From a virus: a DNA stretch of 64,000 nucleotides. The notes beneath the pieces are model-generated. The model ran no database searches. It was not told the origin of the DNA and saw nothing but the letters and a program-made list of their open reading frames with translations. The stretch is taken from positions 1-64,000 of the IMG/VR virus record IMGVR_UViG_3300033143_005193; one strand, written 5' to 3'. This document shows, piece by piece, positions 36,377 to 47,497 of the stretch (position 1 is its first letter; every line of letters starts with the position of its first letter). Made by a program: the position numbers and the translations under genes.

Positions 36377-37638
36377 TGAATAATCTTGATGAAAAAAGAA
36401 GGGATGATTTTTCAGCACATTTAACAGTATTTTTATCATTAGAATCTGGTGTTTTTCAATTATCACCAGAAAAGATAATAGATTGTTATTTTATAGAAGA
36501 TATATTTTCCTATAATATGTTAGGGAAACTAAGATTTATTGATTCAGAAGGTATATTTGAAATAGGTCCGTTTACTGGAAATGAAGCTATTGTTTTATCA
36601 TATGGAACTGATCAAAAAGTTTCTATGATTTTTAATATTTGGAAAGTATCTGATATATCACAACAATCAAATGTTGATGCTTCAGCTGGTTCTGTTATAA
36701 GTGTTGATTTTGTTGATATATCTTTTAATATTTTCTTTTTAAGAAAATTTAGTAGAAGCTGGCCTATAAGAACATTATATAGTGATGTGGCTAAAGATAT
36801 TTTAAATAAAGTCGGTTCTTTAAAAAAACTTGATATAGATTTAAATGTAGAAGAAAGTTTAAATAGAATAGAAAAAGAACCTTTAAGTTTTCCATATTTA
36901 ACTGTTATAGAATCATTGAAATATCTCTCGAAAAGAATAGTAAGTAAAGAAATGAAAACAAGCGGTTATCTATGTTATACTAACATAATAGATGGGAAAC
37001 AAACGGTAAACTATCGTTCTATGAATTGGTTATTAAGTGATTTGAATTATCAAGAACCCGACGAATATTCATTTATTACAAATGATATAAATGATAAGAA
37101 TAGAATTTATGAATATTCGATAAATGGTATTGATAAGCTTTCTTATAAGGTATTAAAAGGTGGAAGATGGTTGGGTTTTGATTTTGATACTAAATCTTTT
37201 TTAACATATGAATCTACATATGAAAATGAATTAAAAAGAACTTCTGTATTGGGTAACTACTCTCTTTTTAGTGATGTTAGTAGTACTGAAATAACTAATA
37301 ATTTGATTGGTTGTAGAAGTTTATATGATTTAAAACAATATGCTAATGCTGAATGGCAACAAAGATATAATAAACAACAATTAATAACAATTATTGTTAT
37401 GGGAAAAGAATATAGATATGCTGGTATGCAAATAAAAATATCGAAATGGCCTAGTTATCATCATGAAAATAAAGTTAATGAACTTTTAAATGGAAAATTT
37501 TTAATTAAAAGTATTAAGCATAGATTAGCTGAAGGAAACAGAATATCATATTCTCAAGAAATTGTATTAATAAAGAATGGATATGAGAATTTACAAACAA
37601 ATTGGTTACAAAAGAGTACTACAAAGAATATTATATAA
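36376..37638 (+). CDS. Baseplate hub protein (gp27-like)
   Basis: Size and position; GKFLIKSIKH C-terminal motif. Confidence 0.65.
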   Translation: MNNLDEKRRDDFSAHLTVFLSLESGVFQLSPEKIIDCYFIEDIFSYNMLGKLRFIDSEGIFEIGPFTGNEAIVLSYGTDQKVSMIFNIWKVSDISQQSNVDASAGSVISVDFVDISFNIFFLRKFSRSWPIRTLYSDVAKDILNKVGSLKKLDIDLNVEESLNRIEKEPLSFPYLTVIESLKYLSKRIVSKEMKTSGYLCYTNIIDGKQTVNYRSMNWLLSDLNYQEPDEYSFITNDINDKNRIYEYSINGIDKLSYKVLKGGRWLGFDFDTKSFLTYESTYENELKRTSVLGNYSLFSDVSSTEITNNLIGCRSLYDLKQYANAEWQQRYNKQQLITIIVMGKEYRYAGMQIKISKWPSYHHENKVNELLNGKFLIKSIKHRLAEGNRISYSQEIVLIKNGYENLQTNWLQKSTTKNII

Positions 37639-37652
37639 AGGAATAAGAAATA

Positions 37653-39485
37653 ATGATTTTAAAAAATCATCCAGATGATGTAAAGGTTTTTGATGGAAGA
37701 TTTAATGGTATTTATAGGGGTGTTGTTGAAGACAACAATCCAGTTGATGAAAATGGAAATCCTTATAAAGATGGTAGAATAAGGGTAAGAATTTTTGGAT
37801 TACATACACCTAATAAAATTTCTTCCGAAACTGATGGAATACCAACAGAACATTTACCGTTAGCAGAACCTGTTTTTTCTCTTTTTGAGGGAAGTATAAG
37901 CGGACATGGGTGTTGGTCGGTGCCATTGAATGGATCTCATGTAATGTGTTTCTTTGAAAATGGTAATATAAATCAATTGAAATATTTTGGTACTGTTCCA
38001 GGAATTCCAACATCAACACCTGATAAAACTATTGGTTTTAATGATCCTGATGGTGTTTTTCCTGAATCTGATAGAATAAACGAACCCGATGTTAATAGGT
38101 TAGCAAGAGAAGAAGTTGTGGATACACAAATATCACACAGAACAGGATCATTGGTTAAAGGTGTATATCAATCAAATGCTGAAACATGGGATGAACCTTT
38201 TCCATCATATAATACTGAATATCCTCATAATATAGTTTTAAATACTCATGGTGGTATGTTAATAGAAATTGATTCAACACCAAATAATGAAAGGTATCAT
38301 ATCTTCCATCCATCCAATACTTTTATAGAAGTAGATCCAAGTGGTAATGTTATAATAAAAAATAAATCAAACAAATATGAAATTGTTTGTGGTGATAGAT
38401 ATTCACAGTTTTCTAAAAATAATAGTAAAACAATCAGTGGTAATGAAATGGTAAAAATTTTTGGTGAAAAAATAGATGAAATAGATACAGATTTAACAAT
38501 AACAATAGGTAATAGTAGAGATGAAAGTGTTGAATCGGATTATTTATTGAATATAGGTGGTTCATGTAATATAAATGTTGGAAGCAATTGTAAAATTTCT
38601 TCTGATTCAAGTGTAACTGTTGTTGCTCCTTCTGTTAATGTAAGTGGTCTTAATGGATGTACTATAGCTTCTGATACAAGTGTTACTATAAAAGCTCCTT
38701 CTGTTAATATAAATGAAGGTGGATCAGCTACAGTATCAACCGAAACAGTAATAACAAGAGAACCAGGTGGTTCCCCGGTTGAATGTATTAATAATGTTTA
38801 TACGGAAGTTGATTATGGAAATATTGATGATGAACCAGATGTTGATGATGGTTTAAATATCTATCCACCAACGAGTAATCCAACATCAGAAGATATTGCT
38901 AGATCTGAAAAATTAGATGTTTCACCAACAGAAACCAAGGGGGAAGATAGCGTAGAACCAACACAAGCGGAGACATTTCAAGCCGATTGTAGTGATATTG
39001 AGTCACCACCTAGTTCATCATTACAACTTTCGAGTAATTTTACTTTAGATCAATTGACTACAAACACATCTTTATCTAGTTATACATTAAAGAGTCAAGC
39101 TGGACTTGAGGATTATCAAATTGCTTGTAATTTAAGAGCTTTGTGTGAAAATGTATTAGAACCAATTGTTAGTGAATATGGAAAAAGTTCTTTTATTATA
39201 ACATCTGGATTTAGACATGGTTCTGGTAAATCACAACACGAAAAAGGACAAGCTGTTGATATTCAATTTCCATCAAAATCAAATGCTTTAGTTTATAATA
39301 TAGCTGTATGGATAAAGGATAATCTTAATTTTGATCAGTTAATACTTGAATATGGTGGTAATAAACCTTGGATTCATATATCATATAATCAAGATGGTAA
39401 TAGACCAGTATCACATGGAGCTAAATTCGGAACAAGAATTTCTGCTGGTAATTATGTATGGCGTGTATTGAAATATATGGAATAG
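37653..39485 (+). CDS. Baseplate central spike gp5-like with C-terminal peptidase M15 domain
   Basis: YRGVVEDNNP..GRIRVR OB fold; beta-helix repeats; TSGFR..SQHEKGQAVD..WIHIS. Confidence 0.88.
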   Translation: MILKNHPDDVKVFDGRFNGIYRGVVEDNNPVDENGNPYKDGRIRVRIFGLHTPNKISSETDGIPTEHLPLAEPVFSLFEGSISGHGCWSVPLNGSHVMCFFENGNINQLKYFGTVPGIPTSTPDKTIGFNDPDGVFPESDRINEPDVNRLAREEVVDTQISHRTGSLVKGVYQSNAETWDEPFPSYNTEYPHNIVLNTHGGMLIEIDSTPNNERYHIFHPSNTFIEVDPSGNVIIKNKSNKYEIVCGDRYSQFSKNNSKTISGNEMVKIFGEKIDEIDTDLTITIGNSRDESVESDYLLNIGGSCNINVGSNCKISSDSSVTVVAPSVNVSGLNGCTIASDTSVTIKAPSVNINEGGSATVSTETVITREPGGSPVECINNVYTEVDYGNIDDEPDVDDGLNIYPPTSNPTSEDIARSEKLDVSPTETKGEDSVEPTQAETFQADCSDIESPPSSSLQLSSNFTLDQLTTNTSLSSYTLKSQAGLEDYQIACNLRALCENVLEPIVSEYGKSSFIITSGFRHGSGKSQHEKGQAVDIQFPSKSNALVYNIAVWIKDNLNFDQLILEYGGNKPWIHISYNQDGNRPVSHGAKFGTRISAGNYVWRVLKYME

Positions 39486-39494
39486 AGGGAAAAA

Positions 39495-39851
39495 ATGGAA
39501 ATAGTGAAACATAAAAAAGGTGTTATAGAAAGTAAATTTGATGAAAATACAAATACTTTATACATTGATTTTCTTAATAAAAATATAAATATAGTTGTTA
39601 ATGGTAATCTTTCATTTTGTTTTGATGGTGAGCTAAGTTGTGTGACAAATAATAACAATATATGTTTGGATTCAATAAATGGCGCGATTTATTTGAATTC
39701 ACGATGGGGTAAAAATATAAGAAATCTACCAGAAAGTATTGAATATAGAGAAGAACAAAGTAAAAATAATTTTTATTTAAGATTAAAAAAACTTGAAGAA
39801 GAAATAAGGATTTTAAAAGATGTCATACAAAGGAATAGTAAGGAAAACTGA
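39495..39851 (+). CDS. Hypothetical protein between gp5 and PAAR
   Basis: ORF track; GAGGG RBS. Confidence 0.6.
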   Translation: MEIVKHKKGVIESKFDENTNTLYIDFLNKNINIVVNGNLSFCFDGELSCVTNNNNICLDSINGAIYLNSRWGKNIRNLPESIEYREEQSKNNFYLRLKKLEEEIRILKDVIQRNSKEN

Positions 39852-40116
39852 TAATTGTTCAGGACATGGTTGTTGGCCACCAAGACCATCTGCTGAAGCT
39901 TCTACTGATGTTCTTATTAATGGAATAGGTGTTGTTAGATATGGTGATACAATGGAAATTCATTGTTGCCCGCCTGATATAGATTGTCATGGTGGAACAC
40001 ATATTGGTGTTCGTGATGTATATGCTAATGGTCTTTCTATTCAAGTTACCGGTGATCCTATTGATTGTGGTTCAGTTTGTGATGAATGTTCACCAGATAC
40101 ATTCATTGGTTCGTGA
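39820..40116 (+). CDS. PAAR spike-tip protein (gp5.4-like)
   Basis: DNCSGHGCWPPRP...VLING.GVVRYGD...H...GDPIDCGS. Confidence 0.9.
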   Translation: MSYKGIVRKTDNCSGHGCWPPRPSAEASTDVLINGIGVVRYGDTMEIHCCPPDIDCHGGTHIGVRDVYANGLSIQVTGDPIDCGSVCDECSPDTFIGS

Positions 40117-40197
40117 AAAAAAAATGTTGTGTATGTGTGTGGAAAAACAGGGTTTTTTGGGGATATTTTTGGGTAAAAATATTAAGGAGATGTAATA

Positions 40198-40575
40198 ATG
40201 GCAACGAATATATATTCTGACATAGATATTGAATTAACTAGAGATTCTACTGGTGATATAAAAAAAGACACAGATAAAGATGCTATCCTTAATAGTATAT
40301 CAAATATCATGGAAACAATGAGAGGCAGTAGAAGAATGCTTCCTGAATTTGCTGATAACCCAACAACACTACTTTTTGAACCAATAGACGAGAGAACAGC
40401 AGCGAAAATAGGAGAAATTTTAATAGATTCAATAGAAATTTGGGATGATAGAATAAACATAAATGGATTGAAAATACAACCAGTTCCTGATAAAAATATG
40501 TATGTTTGTAGATTATCAATGACAGTTAAGTCAAGTAATAAAACAGAAACAATTGATTTCATTTTAAGGAGTTAA
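40198..40575 (+). CDS. Baseplate wedge protein gp25-like
   Basis: YSDID...AILNSISNIMET.RGSRRMLPEF...IEIWDDRI. Confidence 0.9.
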   Translation: MATNIYSDIDIELTRDSTGDIKKDTDKDAILNSISNIMETMRGSRRMLPEFADNPTTLLFEPIDERTAAKIGEILIDSIEIWDDRININGLKIQPVPDKNMYVCRLSMTVKSSNKTETIDFILRS

Positions 40576-40576
40576 A

Positions 40577-42256
40577 ATGGCAAATATATTAAAACCAGAA
40601 TATGTTTCTTTAGATTATAATACTATAATAAGTAACATAAAAACCGAACTTTCGAAAAGTGATATTTTTCGTGATTATGATTATGAAGGATCTAATATAG
40701 CCGTATTAATAGAGTTGATGGCTTATATAGGTGAATTAAATACTTATTTTCTTAATAAAATTGCTAAAAATGCATATATTGATACAGCTGATCAGTATGA
40801 AAACGTTCATAGATTAGCTACTTTTATAGGATATGATCCTAAAGGATATATTTCAGCACAAACAACACTTTCAATAACAGTATCAGCAGCTACTTGTGAT
40901 CCCGGTGATCATTTGATCATAAGTGGTTGGCATCAAATATCAACTGATGAAACTGATAGTGATGGTAATGTTATAAAATATGCAACAACCGCTCCTCATG
41001 TAGAACAAATACCATTAAGCGCAACTTTTCCATATACTTTTGGTGTTAATGTAAGACAAGGTATTATAAAAACATATAATTATACAGGTAGAGATATTAT
41101 AAATAATGAGATAATTTTACCTTTAAACGTAAATTACGCTTATGATAATGTTTTGGAAGATGAAAATGAATCGATTCTTTTAATAGTTGATGGTACTCCG
41201 TGGTCAAGAGTATCGGATTTTTATGATGAAATATCTGGTTTGTATAATGAATCAAATGTTTATAAATTTGAGTTTGATAAGTATCAGAGATATAAAATAG
41301 TTTTCAATACTTCCAGAAGTGTTCCAACAGAAAATCAAGAAATAGAAATAAAGTTACTGGAAACATTAGCTGAAGAAGGCAGTGTTGGTATAGGGAAGAT
41401 AATATCACCTGATAATAATTTTATTTATAACAATATGAAAGATAGATATCTTTTAAATAGTGAATTTAGTGTTACAAATTTATCAGAAACAACATCTTCA
41501 GCTGAAAAAGAAAATATATTGACAATTAAATCCAATGCTAAAAGTGCTTTACATACACAATTTAGAAATGTTACATCATCTGATTATATTTCTTATTTAG
41601 AGGCTCGTTCTGATGTTAATGTTGCAAATGTTTGGGGTGAAAAAGAAATAGCACCATCCGGTGATATAAGTGAATATAATAAAGTTCATATTTGTGTAAT
41701 TCCAAATGAATGGGGATCGGGAACTATTGAAACGACAACAACAAGTGCTGGTTATAATGTTCCAACAGCGTATTCTTCTACATATGTGAATAATTTAAAA
41801 GATTATTTAGAGCCAAGAAAAATGTTATCAACATACGAGCAATTTGAATTACCTGATTTGGTATATTTTGTTTTTGATATAGGTATCAGAATAAGTAGAT
41901 CATATTCATTTGCTGATGTTGTTAGTGATGTAAGAAACAAATTAGAGTTTTATTTTACAAACGGTGAAAGAGAATTTAATGAAACATTAAGTTTCATGAA
42001 TATTGAAGAATTTTTGTTAGATTCCACAAATGTTTCTGATGATGATAATTTTGAAAATATTGCTGGTATAAGAAATTTAGTTATTAGAGATATTGATATA
42101 TTAACTCATAATATTTATGATTATAATTCATCATTATTTCCTAGATATTTGGTTGATGTATATACTGGTGATAATAATTTAAGAGAAATAAAATTAGGAT
42201 ATAACCAATATCCAATAATTTTAATAGATGGTTGTACGTTTACACAGGAGACATAA
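40577..42256 (+). CDS. Baseplate wedge protein gp6-like
   Basis: LDYNTI...FRDYDYEGSNIAVLIELMAY; RNVTSSDY. Confidence 0.9.
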   Translation: MANILKPEYVSLDYNTIISNIKTELSKSDIFRDYDYEGSNIAVLIELMAYIGELNTYFLNKIAKNAYIDTADQYENVHRLATFIGYDPKGYISAQTTLSITVSAATCDPGDHLIISGWHQISTDETDSDGNVIKYATTAPHVEQIPLSATFPYTFGVNVRQGIIKTYNYTGRDIINNEIILPLNVNYAYDNVLEDENESILLIVDGTPWSRVSDFYDEISGLYNESNVYKFEFDKYQRYKIVFNTSRSVPTENQEIEIKLLETLAEEGSVGIGKIISPDNNFIYNNMKDRYLLNSEFSVTNLSETTSSAEKENILTIKSNAKSALHTQFRNVTSSDYISYLEARSDVNVANVWGEKEIAPSGDISEYNKVHICVIPNEWGSGTIETTTTSAGYNVPTAYSSTYVNNLKDYLEPRKMLSTYEQFELPDLVYFVFDIGIRISRSYSFADVVSDVRNKLEFYFTNGEREFNETLSFMNIEEFLLDSTNVSDDDNFENIAGIRNLVIRDIDILTHNIYDYNSSLFPRYLVDVYTGDNNLREIKLGYNQYPIILIDGCTFTQET

Positions 42257-42261
42257 TTATA

Positions 42262-45018
42262 ATGCCTAAATTTTCAGATTCTTCTTTTAATATACTAAAC
42301 ACATATTTCGGTGAAGCTAATTATAAAACAAATAGTTCCACAAAAAGCGGATCTTTGGTTGGTGGAAACACTGGTATAGTAGCGAGTGGTGGTTATTGGT
42401 TTGTTTTTTATATATTACATGATAACGAATTCAAAAAAATTCGTTTTAGAATGGATAATGATAATTATGTTTCTGGTAATGGATTTATCTTTACAAAACA
42501 CCCAGAAGATGAAGATTTTGAAAGTGGATCTGAAGTATATTTCAAGATAGGTGATTATTTTTATAATTGGTTAATAAAAAACGAAACATTATATAAAAAC
42601 TATATAAATACAAGATTTCCATTCCTGTATTTTGGTAATATTTATCCAAATGTTAGTGGTGGATATATTATAAATTTTTATGGAATGAAAGATTATGTAA
42701 TGGATGCTCTTCCAGAACATAATAGAACACCAAATTTGTCTGAATTTTTTAAATTGTATTTTGATATGATTTATCAAAAAATATATAATTCGGCTAAAAA
42801 TGTAAAAACTCTCTTAGATCCAAGTGAAGTTGATATAAACTATATAGGTTATATAGCAGATATGTATAATGTATCAATAAGAGATAGTTTAAATGAAATC
42901 GAAAAGAGAGAATTTGTTAAAAATGTTATATATTTATTAAAAAGAGTTGGAACATATTCATCTATCTATATTGTTTGGAAATTAATTTCCAGAGATCCAT
43001 ATAATAATATAAATGTGTATGAAAGATGGCATGAAGAAAAAAATCCAACAGCACCTGTTTTACCATATTTTAGAGACTATCTTTATACAACATTTTATGA
43101 TCCATTCTTATATAAAAGAGGATGTGCTGGTGATAGTTTTTATAATAATAGTAATGGTTTTGATTATACTAGTAATATAGCAGTTAGATCTGGTGTTTAT
43201 TTTCATAATGAGGAAACTATAAAATCTGATATATGGGATGTTGATAATATTTTTAGTAACAAACAAATTTTGGTTCAGTGTTTTAATATTATAGAAGCCA
43301 TAAATCCACAAAATATAGAATTAACTGATGATAAAGTTTATATAGAATATAATGGAAGCGAAGAATGTTATGTAATTTTAACTGAATCTGATTATACACA
43401 TACTCAATCAATTAATAGTTCTACATGGAATATAAATCATGGATTAAATAGCAAAGAAGTTATATTAAATGTTTATGATTCTAATAACAAATTTATTTTT
43501 TCATATGAAGCTGAATTAATCGATGAAAATAATTGTAATGTATATTTTGGAGATGATAATATATCTGGTTATGTTAATGTATTAAAACCAGATTATATAT
43601 ATGAGCAATTGTATGGTACCGAATGTTGGAATATAAATCATGGATTAGGATATGATATTTCATTTATACAATGTTATGACTTAAATTATAAAAAAATACA
43701 TCCATCGAGTATAATTTCAATAGATAGTAATAATATAGAAATTTCGTTTAATGAAATAACAAGTGGTTATGCTTTTATATATTCTGCTGCTGAAATTTCA
43801 TATTATCCAAAAATGCCTGATGATGGTTATTTATCACCACATTATAGAGTTGAAGTAGATTTAAATTGTTCACCACTTGGAAATGATTATATAATAGATA
43901 AAGAAACAATAAATGGATTATATGAATATTGGGAAATAACAAGACCTGTTAGTAAGGTTTCACATTACAATTTACTTTTAGCACCAAAAACCAATTTTAA
44001 AAAGAATTTTACATCAAATTATAATTATTATTCTATAGAAAATAGAGGAAAAATAGAAACAAAATGTTGTAAAGATGTGTTTAGTTTCTCTGAAGATATT
44101 GATGTTTATACACAAAGAACAAGATCAAATAGATGGGTTTTTCTTCATAGATTAAATACTAAAGATGTAATTGTTCAATGTTATGATTGGGATAAAAATC
44201 AAATTTTACCTGAAGATATATATCTGGTATCAAATAGTGTTATTATAGTAACATTTTCATCTTCTCAAAATGGTTATATGATTGTTAAAAAAGTTGATTA
44301 TGATCATGATCAAACTATTCTTGCATCAACATGGAATATAAATCATTCATTAAACCATAGAAAAAATATTTCTCAAGTTTATGATGAAAATGATTATAGA
44401 GAACTTCCTTTAGAAATTAATTTATTAGATGATAATAATGAAACAATAACATTTTCAGAAAACACAAGTGGTAGTGCTGAAATATTAAAAGCTGATTATG
44501 TATATACAGGTAATAATTCAAAAACATGGAATATATTTCATGAACTAGAATCAGAGCTTATTTTAGTTCAATGCTACGATTTAGATCATAATATGATATT
44601 ACCTGATAATATATACTTGAAAAGTGAAAATAATTGTATAATAACATTTAAAAATAATGTTTCTGGATATGCTTTAATAGATAGAGTTGGTGATGCTTCA
44701 ACACAAAGTGATTTAATGTCAACCATTGTAAGCGGTGGTTATATAAAGATAGGAACAGGAAAAACTGGAAGGTATTTTAATACAGAAAAACATAATGATT
44801 TAGAAAATCCAGTATATACTATAACAGATATAGAAGTGGATTATGATGAAAACAATTATTATATAGAAGGTGAAACTGTTGGATATAAAGCCGAAGCTGA
44901 TATAACTGAATTTGGTGTTTTTAACTATGAAAATGATTTAATATGGTACACATATTGTGATACAGTATATAAAATAGAAGATTTTGATATAAAATTATAC
45001 TATAGGATAGCGAGGTAA
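42262..45018 (+). CDS. Large baseplate wedge protein (gp7-like) with repeated W-N-I-N-H-x-L-N modules
   Basis: LLDPSEVD..YI.YIA...KRVGT.SSI; follows gp6; ATG start at 42262 preferred. Confidence 0.65.
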   Translation: MPKFSDSSFNILNTYFGEANYKTNSSTKSGSLVGGNTGIVASGGYWFVFYILHDNEFKKIRFRMDNDNYVSGNGFIFTKHPEDEDFESGSEVYFKIGDYFYNWLIKNETLYKNYINTRFPFLYFGNIYPNVSGGYIINFYGMKDYVMDALPEHNRTPNLSEFFKLYFDMIYQKIYNSAKNVKTLLDPSEVDINYIGYIADMYNVSIRDSLNEIEKREFVKNVIYLLKRVGTYSSIYIVWKLISRDPYNNINVYERWHEEKNPTAPVLPYFRDYLYTTFYDPFLYKRGCAGDSFYNNSNGFDYTSNIAVRSGVYFHNEETIKSDIWDVDNIFSNKQILVQCFNIIEAINPQNIELTDDKVYIEYNGSEECYVILTESDYTHTQSINSSTWNINHGLNSKEVILNVYDSNNKFIFSYEAELIDENNCNVYFGDDNISGYVNVLKPDYIYEQLYGTECWNINHGLGYDISFIQCYDLNYKKIHPSSIISIDSNNIEISFNEITSGYAFIYSAAEISYYPKMPDDGYLSPHYRVEVDLNCSPLGNDYIIDKETINGLYEYWEITRPVSKVSHYNLLLAPKTNFKKNFTSNYNYYSIENRGKIETKCCKDVFSFSEDIDVYTQRTRSNRWVFLHRLNTKDVIVQCYDWDKNQILPEDIYLVSNSVIIVTFSSSQNGYMIVKKVDYDHDQTILASTWNINHSLNHRKNISQVYDENDYRELPLEINLLDDNNETITFSENTSGSAEILKADYVYTGNNSKTWNIFHELESELILVQCYDLDHNMILPDNIYLKSENNCIITFKNNVSGYALIDRVGDASTQSDLMSTIVSGGYIKIGTGKTGRYFNTEKHNDLENPVYTITDIEVDYDENNYYIEGETVGYKAEADITEFGVFNYENDLIWYTYCDTVYKIEDFDIKLYYRIAR

Positions 45019-45022
45019 TGAA

Positions 45023-45547
45023 ATGAGGGTTAAATATTGGAGTTATTTATTAAATGACGAAGGACAACCAATAGAAAATGCTAATGTTTATATATATGAA
45101 GCAGGAACATTAAATAGTGCTAGTGTTTTTACTACTGAAATTGGTGGAACAGCTGTATCGTCAGCACCACAAGTAATAACGGATTCTGATGGATATTTTG
45201 AATTTTGGATAGCTGATAATAATGAAACTGATGGATATAGTAGATCACAAAAATTTAGAATTAAATGGTTTAAAGCTAATGTTGCTGAAGGTGATATAGA
45301 TAATGTTTCTATTTTACCAATGGGTCCTGGATATTATTATGATACCACAGATAGTTGGACGCTTGGGGCATCTGGATATTATTATGATGTAAATCATGGT
45401 TTAGGTGTAAATTTTCCTGTTGTTCAATTTTATGATACTACAGAAAGAAAAAAAAGAGATTTAACAACATATTCAATATCTGAAAACGTTTTAAGAGTAT
45501 GGAATGATACTGATTCAGAAAATTTTGAAATAGTTGTAATAGGATAA
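45023..45547 (+). CDS. Tail/fibre attachment protein
   Basis: GQPIENANVYIY...TDSDGYFEFW. Confidence 0.6.
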   Translation: MRVKYWSYLLNDEGQPIENANVYIYEAGTLNSASVFTTEIGGTAVSSAPQVITDSDGYFEFWIADNNETDGYSRSQKFRIKWFKANVAEGDIDNVSILPMGPGYYYDTTDSWTLGASGYYYDVNHGLGVNFPVVQFYDTTERKKRDLTTYSISENVLRVWNDTDSENFEIVVIG

Positions 45548-45562
45548 AAGGAGAAAAATATA

Positions 45563-47488
45563 ATGAAATCACATGGTTTAACAATGTATGGTGATTTTAA
45601 TACCAATAATATTAAAGCACAAGATGGTACAACTTTTGCTACTTTATCTGATACAACTGGTGAGATGGAAACATCTGCGAGTTTGAAGATAGGTTCTGAT
45701 TTTAAAACTGATAATATTAAATCAAAAGATGGTGTAGATGCTATAGAAATAGCTAATATTACTGGTAATACATCAATAAAAAATAATTTAATAATTAATG
45801 GTGATTTAAATACAAATGATATAAAATCATATATTGGTACTAGCGCAATAACAATAGATAATTCTGGTAACATACAAATAATAAAAGATTTATGGACGGA
45901 TGATATAAAATCATATACAGGTACTAGTGCAATAACAATAGGTAATACAAGTGGAAATGTTACTATAAACAATCAATTAAGGACTTCAATTATCGGTTCA
46001 AAAGATGGTGTTACATCTATAACAATATCAGATTCAACTGGAGATGCTACAATAAATAATGATTTAATAATTGATGGTGATTTAAAAACTAATAATATTA
46101 AATCAATTGCTGATAATAATGCTTTGTTAATTAATGACGATGGATGTGTAACAGTTTCAAATCAATTAAGAACATCTAATGTAAAATCTGAAGTTGGATC
46201 TTCAGCTATTTCTATTAACAGCTCTGGTAAAGTAACAGTATCACAGTTTCAGTTTATTGGATCATCGCCTGGTGATGGAAAAGTTATTGTGTCAGATAAC
46301 AGTGGTAATTTTTCATGGGGTTCTGGTTCTATTCCATCTGGTGAAATTATTCTTTTTGAAAAAAATACTGCTGTTTTTGGATATACATTAAAAACAGATT
46401 TGGATGATATGTTGGTATATATTACAAAAGGATCGGCTGCTGGTGGTGAAACCGGTGGTTCTTTAAAATCTGGTGGTACTTGGACACAACCAAGCCATGC
46501 TCATACTGGTCCAAGCCATAGACATACAGGACCAAGCCATAGACATACTGGGCCAAGCCATACACATACGGTTTCAGGTCATACACATACAGGACCAAGC
46601 CATACACATACGATTTCAGATCATAGACACACAGGCCCAAACCATACACATACAATTTCAAATCATAGGCATACCGGTCCAAGCCATACACATACGATAC
46701 CAAGCCATGCTCATACCGGTCCAAGTCATACACATACGATACCAAGCCATGCTCATACTGGTCCAAGTCATACACATACGATTTCAGATCATAGACACAC
46801 AGGCCCAAATCATACACATACGATACCAAGCCATGCCCACACAACAGGTGATTGTACTCTAACAATAGATCAAATGCCGAGGCATAGACATTTTATTGCT
46901 AGTTATGCTAGTTATGAGGGTATGGGACATAATTTAGCTAAAGATGCTGGTGGTTATGGTGGTGGTTTATATACTCAATATACAGGTGGTGATCCATCAA
47001 CATATGAAACACAACCACATAATCACGGTAGTACTGGACTTGGAGGGTCAGGTAATACCGGAACATCAGGAACAGGATATACTGGATATAGTGGTGTTGG
47101 TAATACTGGAGCGTCGGGAACTGGTAATACTGGGCTTGGTGGTGGTGGTAATACTGGAACATCAGGAACAGGTCTAACAGGAGAAAGTGGTGCTGGTAAT
47201 ACCGGAGCATCAGGAAACGGATATACTGGATATAGTGGAGCCGGTAATACCGGGACATCAGGAGACGGATATACCGGATATAGTGGAGCGGGTAATACCG
47301 GAGCATCAGGAACTGGTTTAACAGGAGAAAGTGGTGCTGGTAATACAGGAGCATCAGGAAACGGATATACTGGATATAGTGGAACAGATTTAACAGGATA
47401 TAGTGGAACTGGTTTGACTGGAACATCAGCCACGGTAAATACTTGGCGACCAAAAGGTAGAAATTTTACAAGACAACAAAAATTATAA
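45563..47488 (+). CDS. Tail fibre with extended His-x-His needle tip
   Basis: N-terminal beta repeats; 17 HxHT heptads; LTIDQMPRHRH...PHNH; 17 Gly octads. Confidence 0.8.
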   Translation: MKSHGLTMYGDFNTNNIKAQDGTTFATLSDTTGEMETSASLKIGSDFKTDNIKSKDGVDAIEIANITGNTSIKNNLIINGDLNTNDIKSYIGTSAITIDNSGNIQIIKDLWTDDIKSYTGTSAITIGNTSGNVTINNQLRTSIIGSKDGVTSITISDSTGDATINNDLIIDGDLKTNNIKSIADNNALLINDDGCVTVSNQLRTSNVKSEVGSSAISINSSGKVTVSQFQFIGSSPGDGKVIVSDNSGNFSWGSGSIPSGEIILFEKNTAVFGYTLKTDLDDMLVYITKGSAAGGETGGSLKSGGTWTQPSHAHTGPSHRHTGPSHRHTGPSHTHTVSGHTHTGPSHTHTISDHRHTGPNHTHTISNHRHTGPSHTHTIPSHAHTGPSHTHTIPSHAHTGPSHTHTISDHRHTGPNHTHTIPSHAHTTGDCTLTIDQMPRHRHFIASYASYEGMGHNLAKDAGGYGGGLYTQYTGGDPSTYETQPHNHGSTGLGGSGNTGTSGTGYTGYSGVGNTGASGTGNTGLGGGGNTGTSGTGLTGESGAGNTGASGNGYTGYSGAGNTGTSGDGYTGYSGAGNTGASGTGLTGESGAGNTGASGNGYTGYSGTDLTGYSGTGLTGTSATVNTWRPKGRNFTRQQKL

Positions 47489-47497
47489 AATAGGAGA

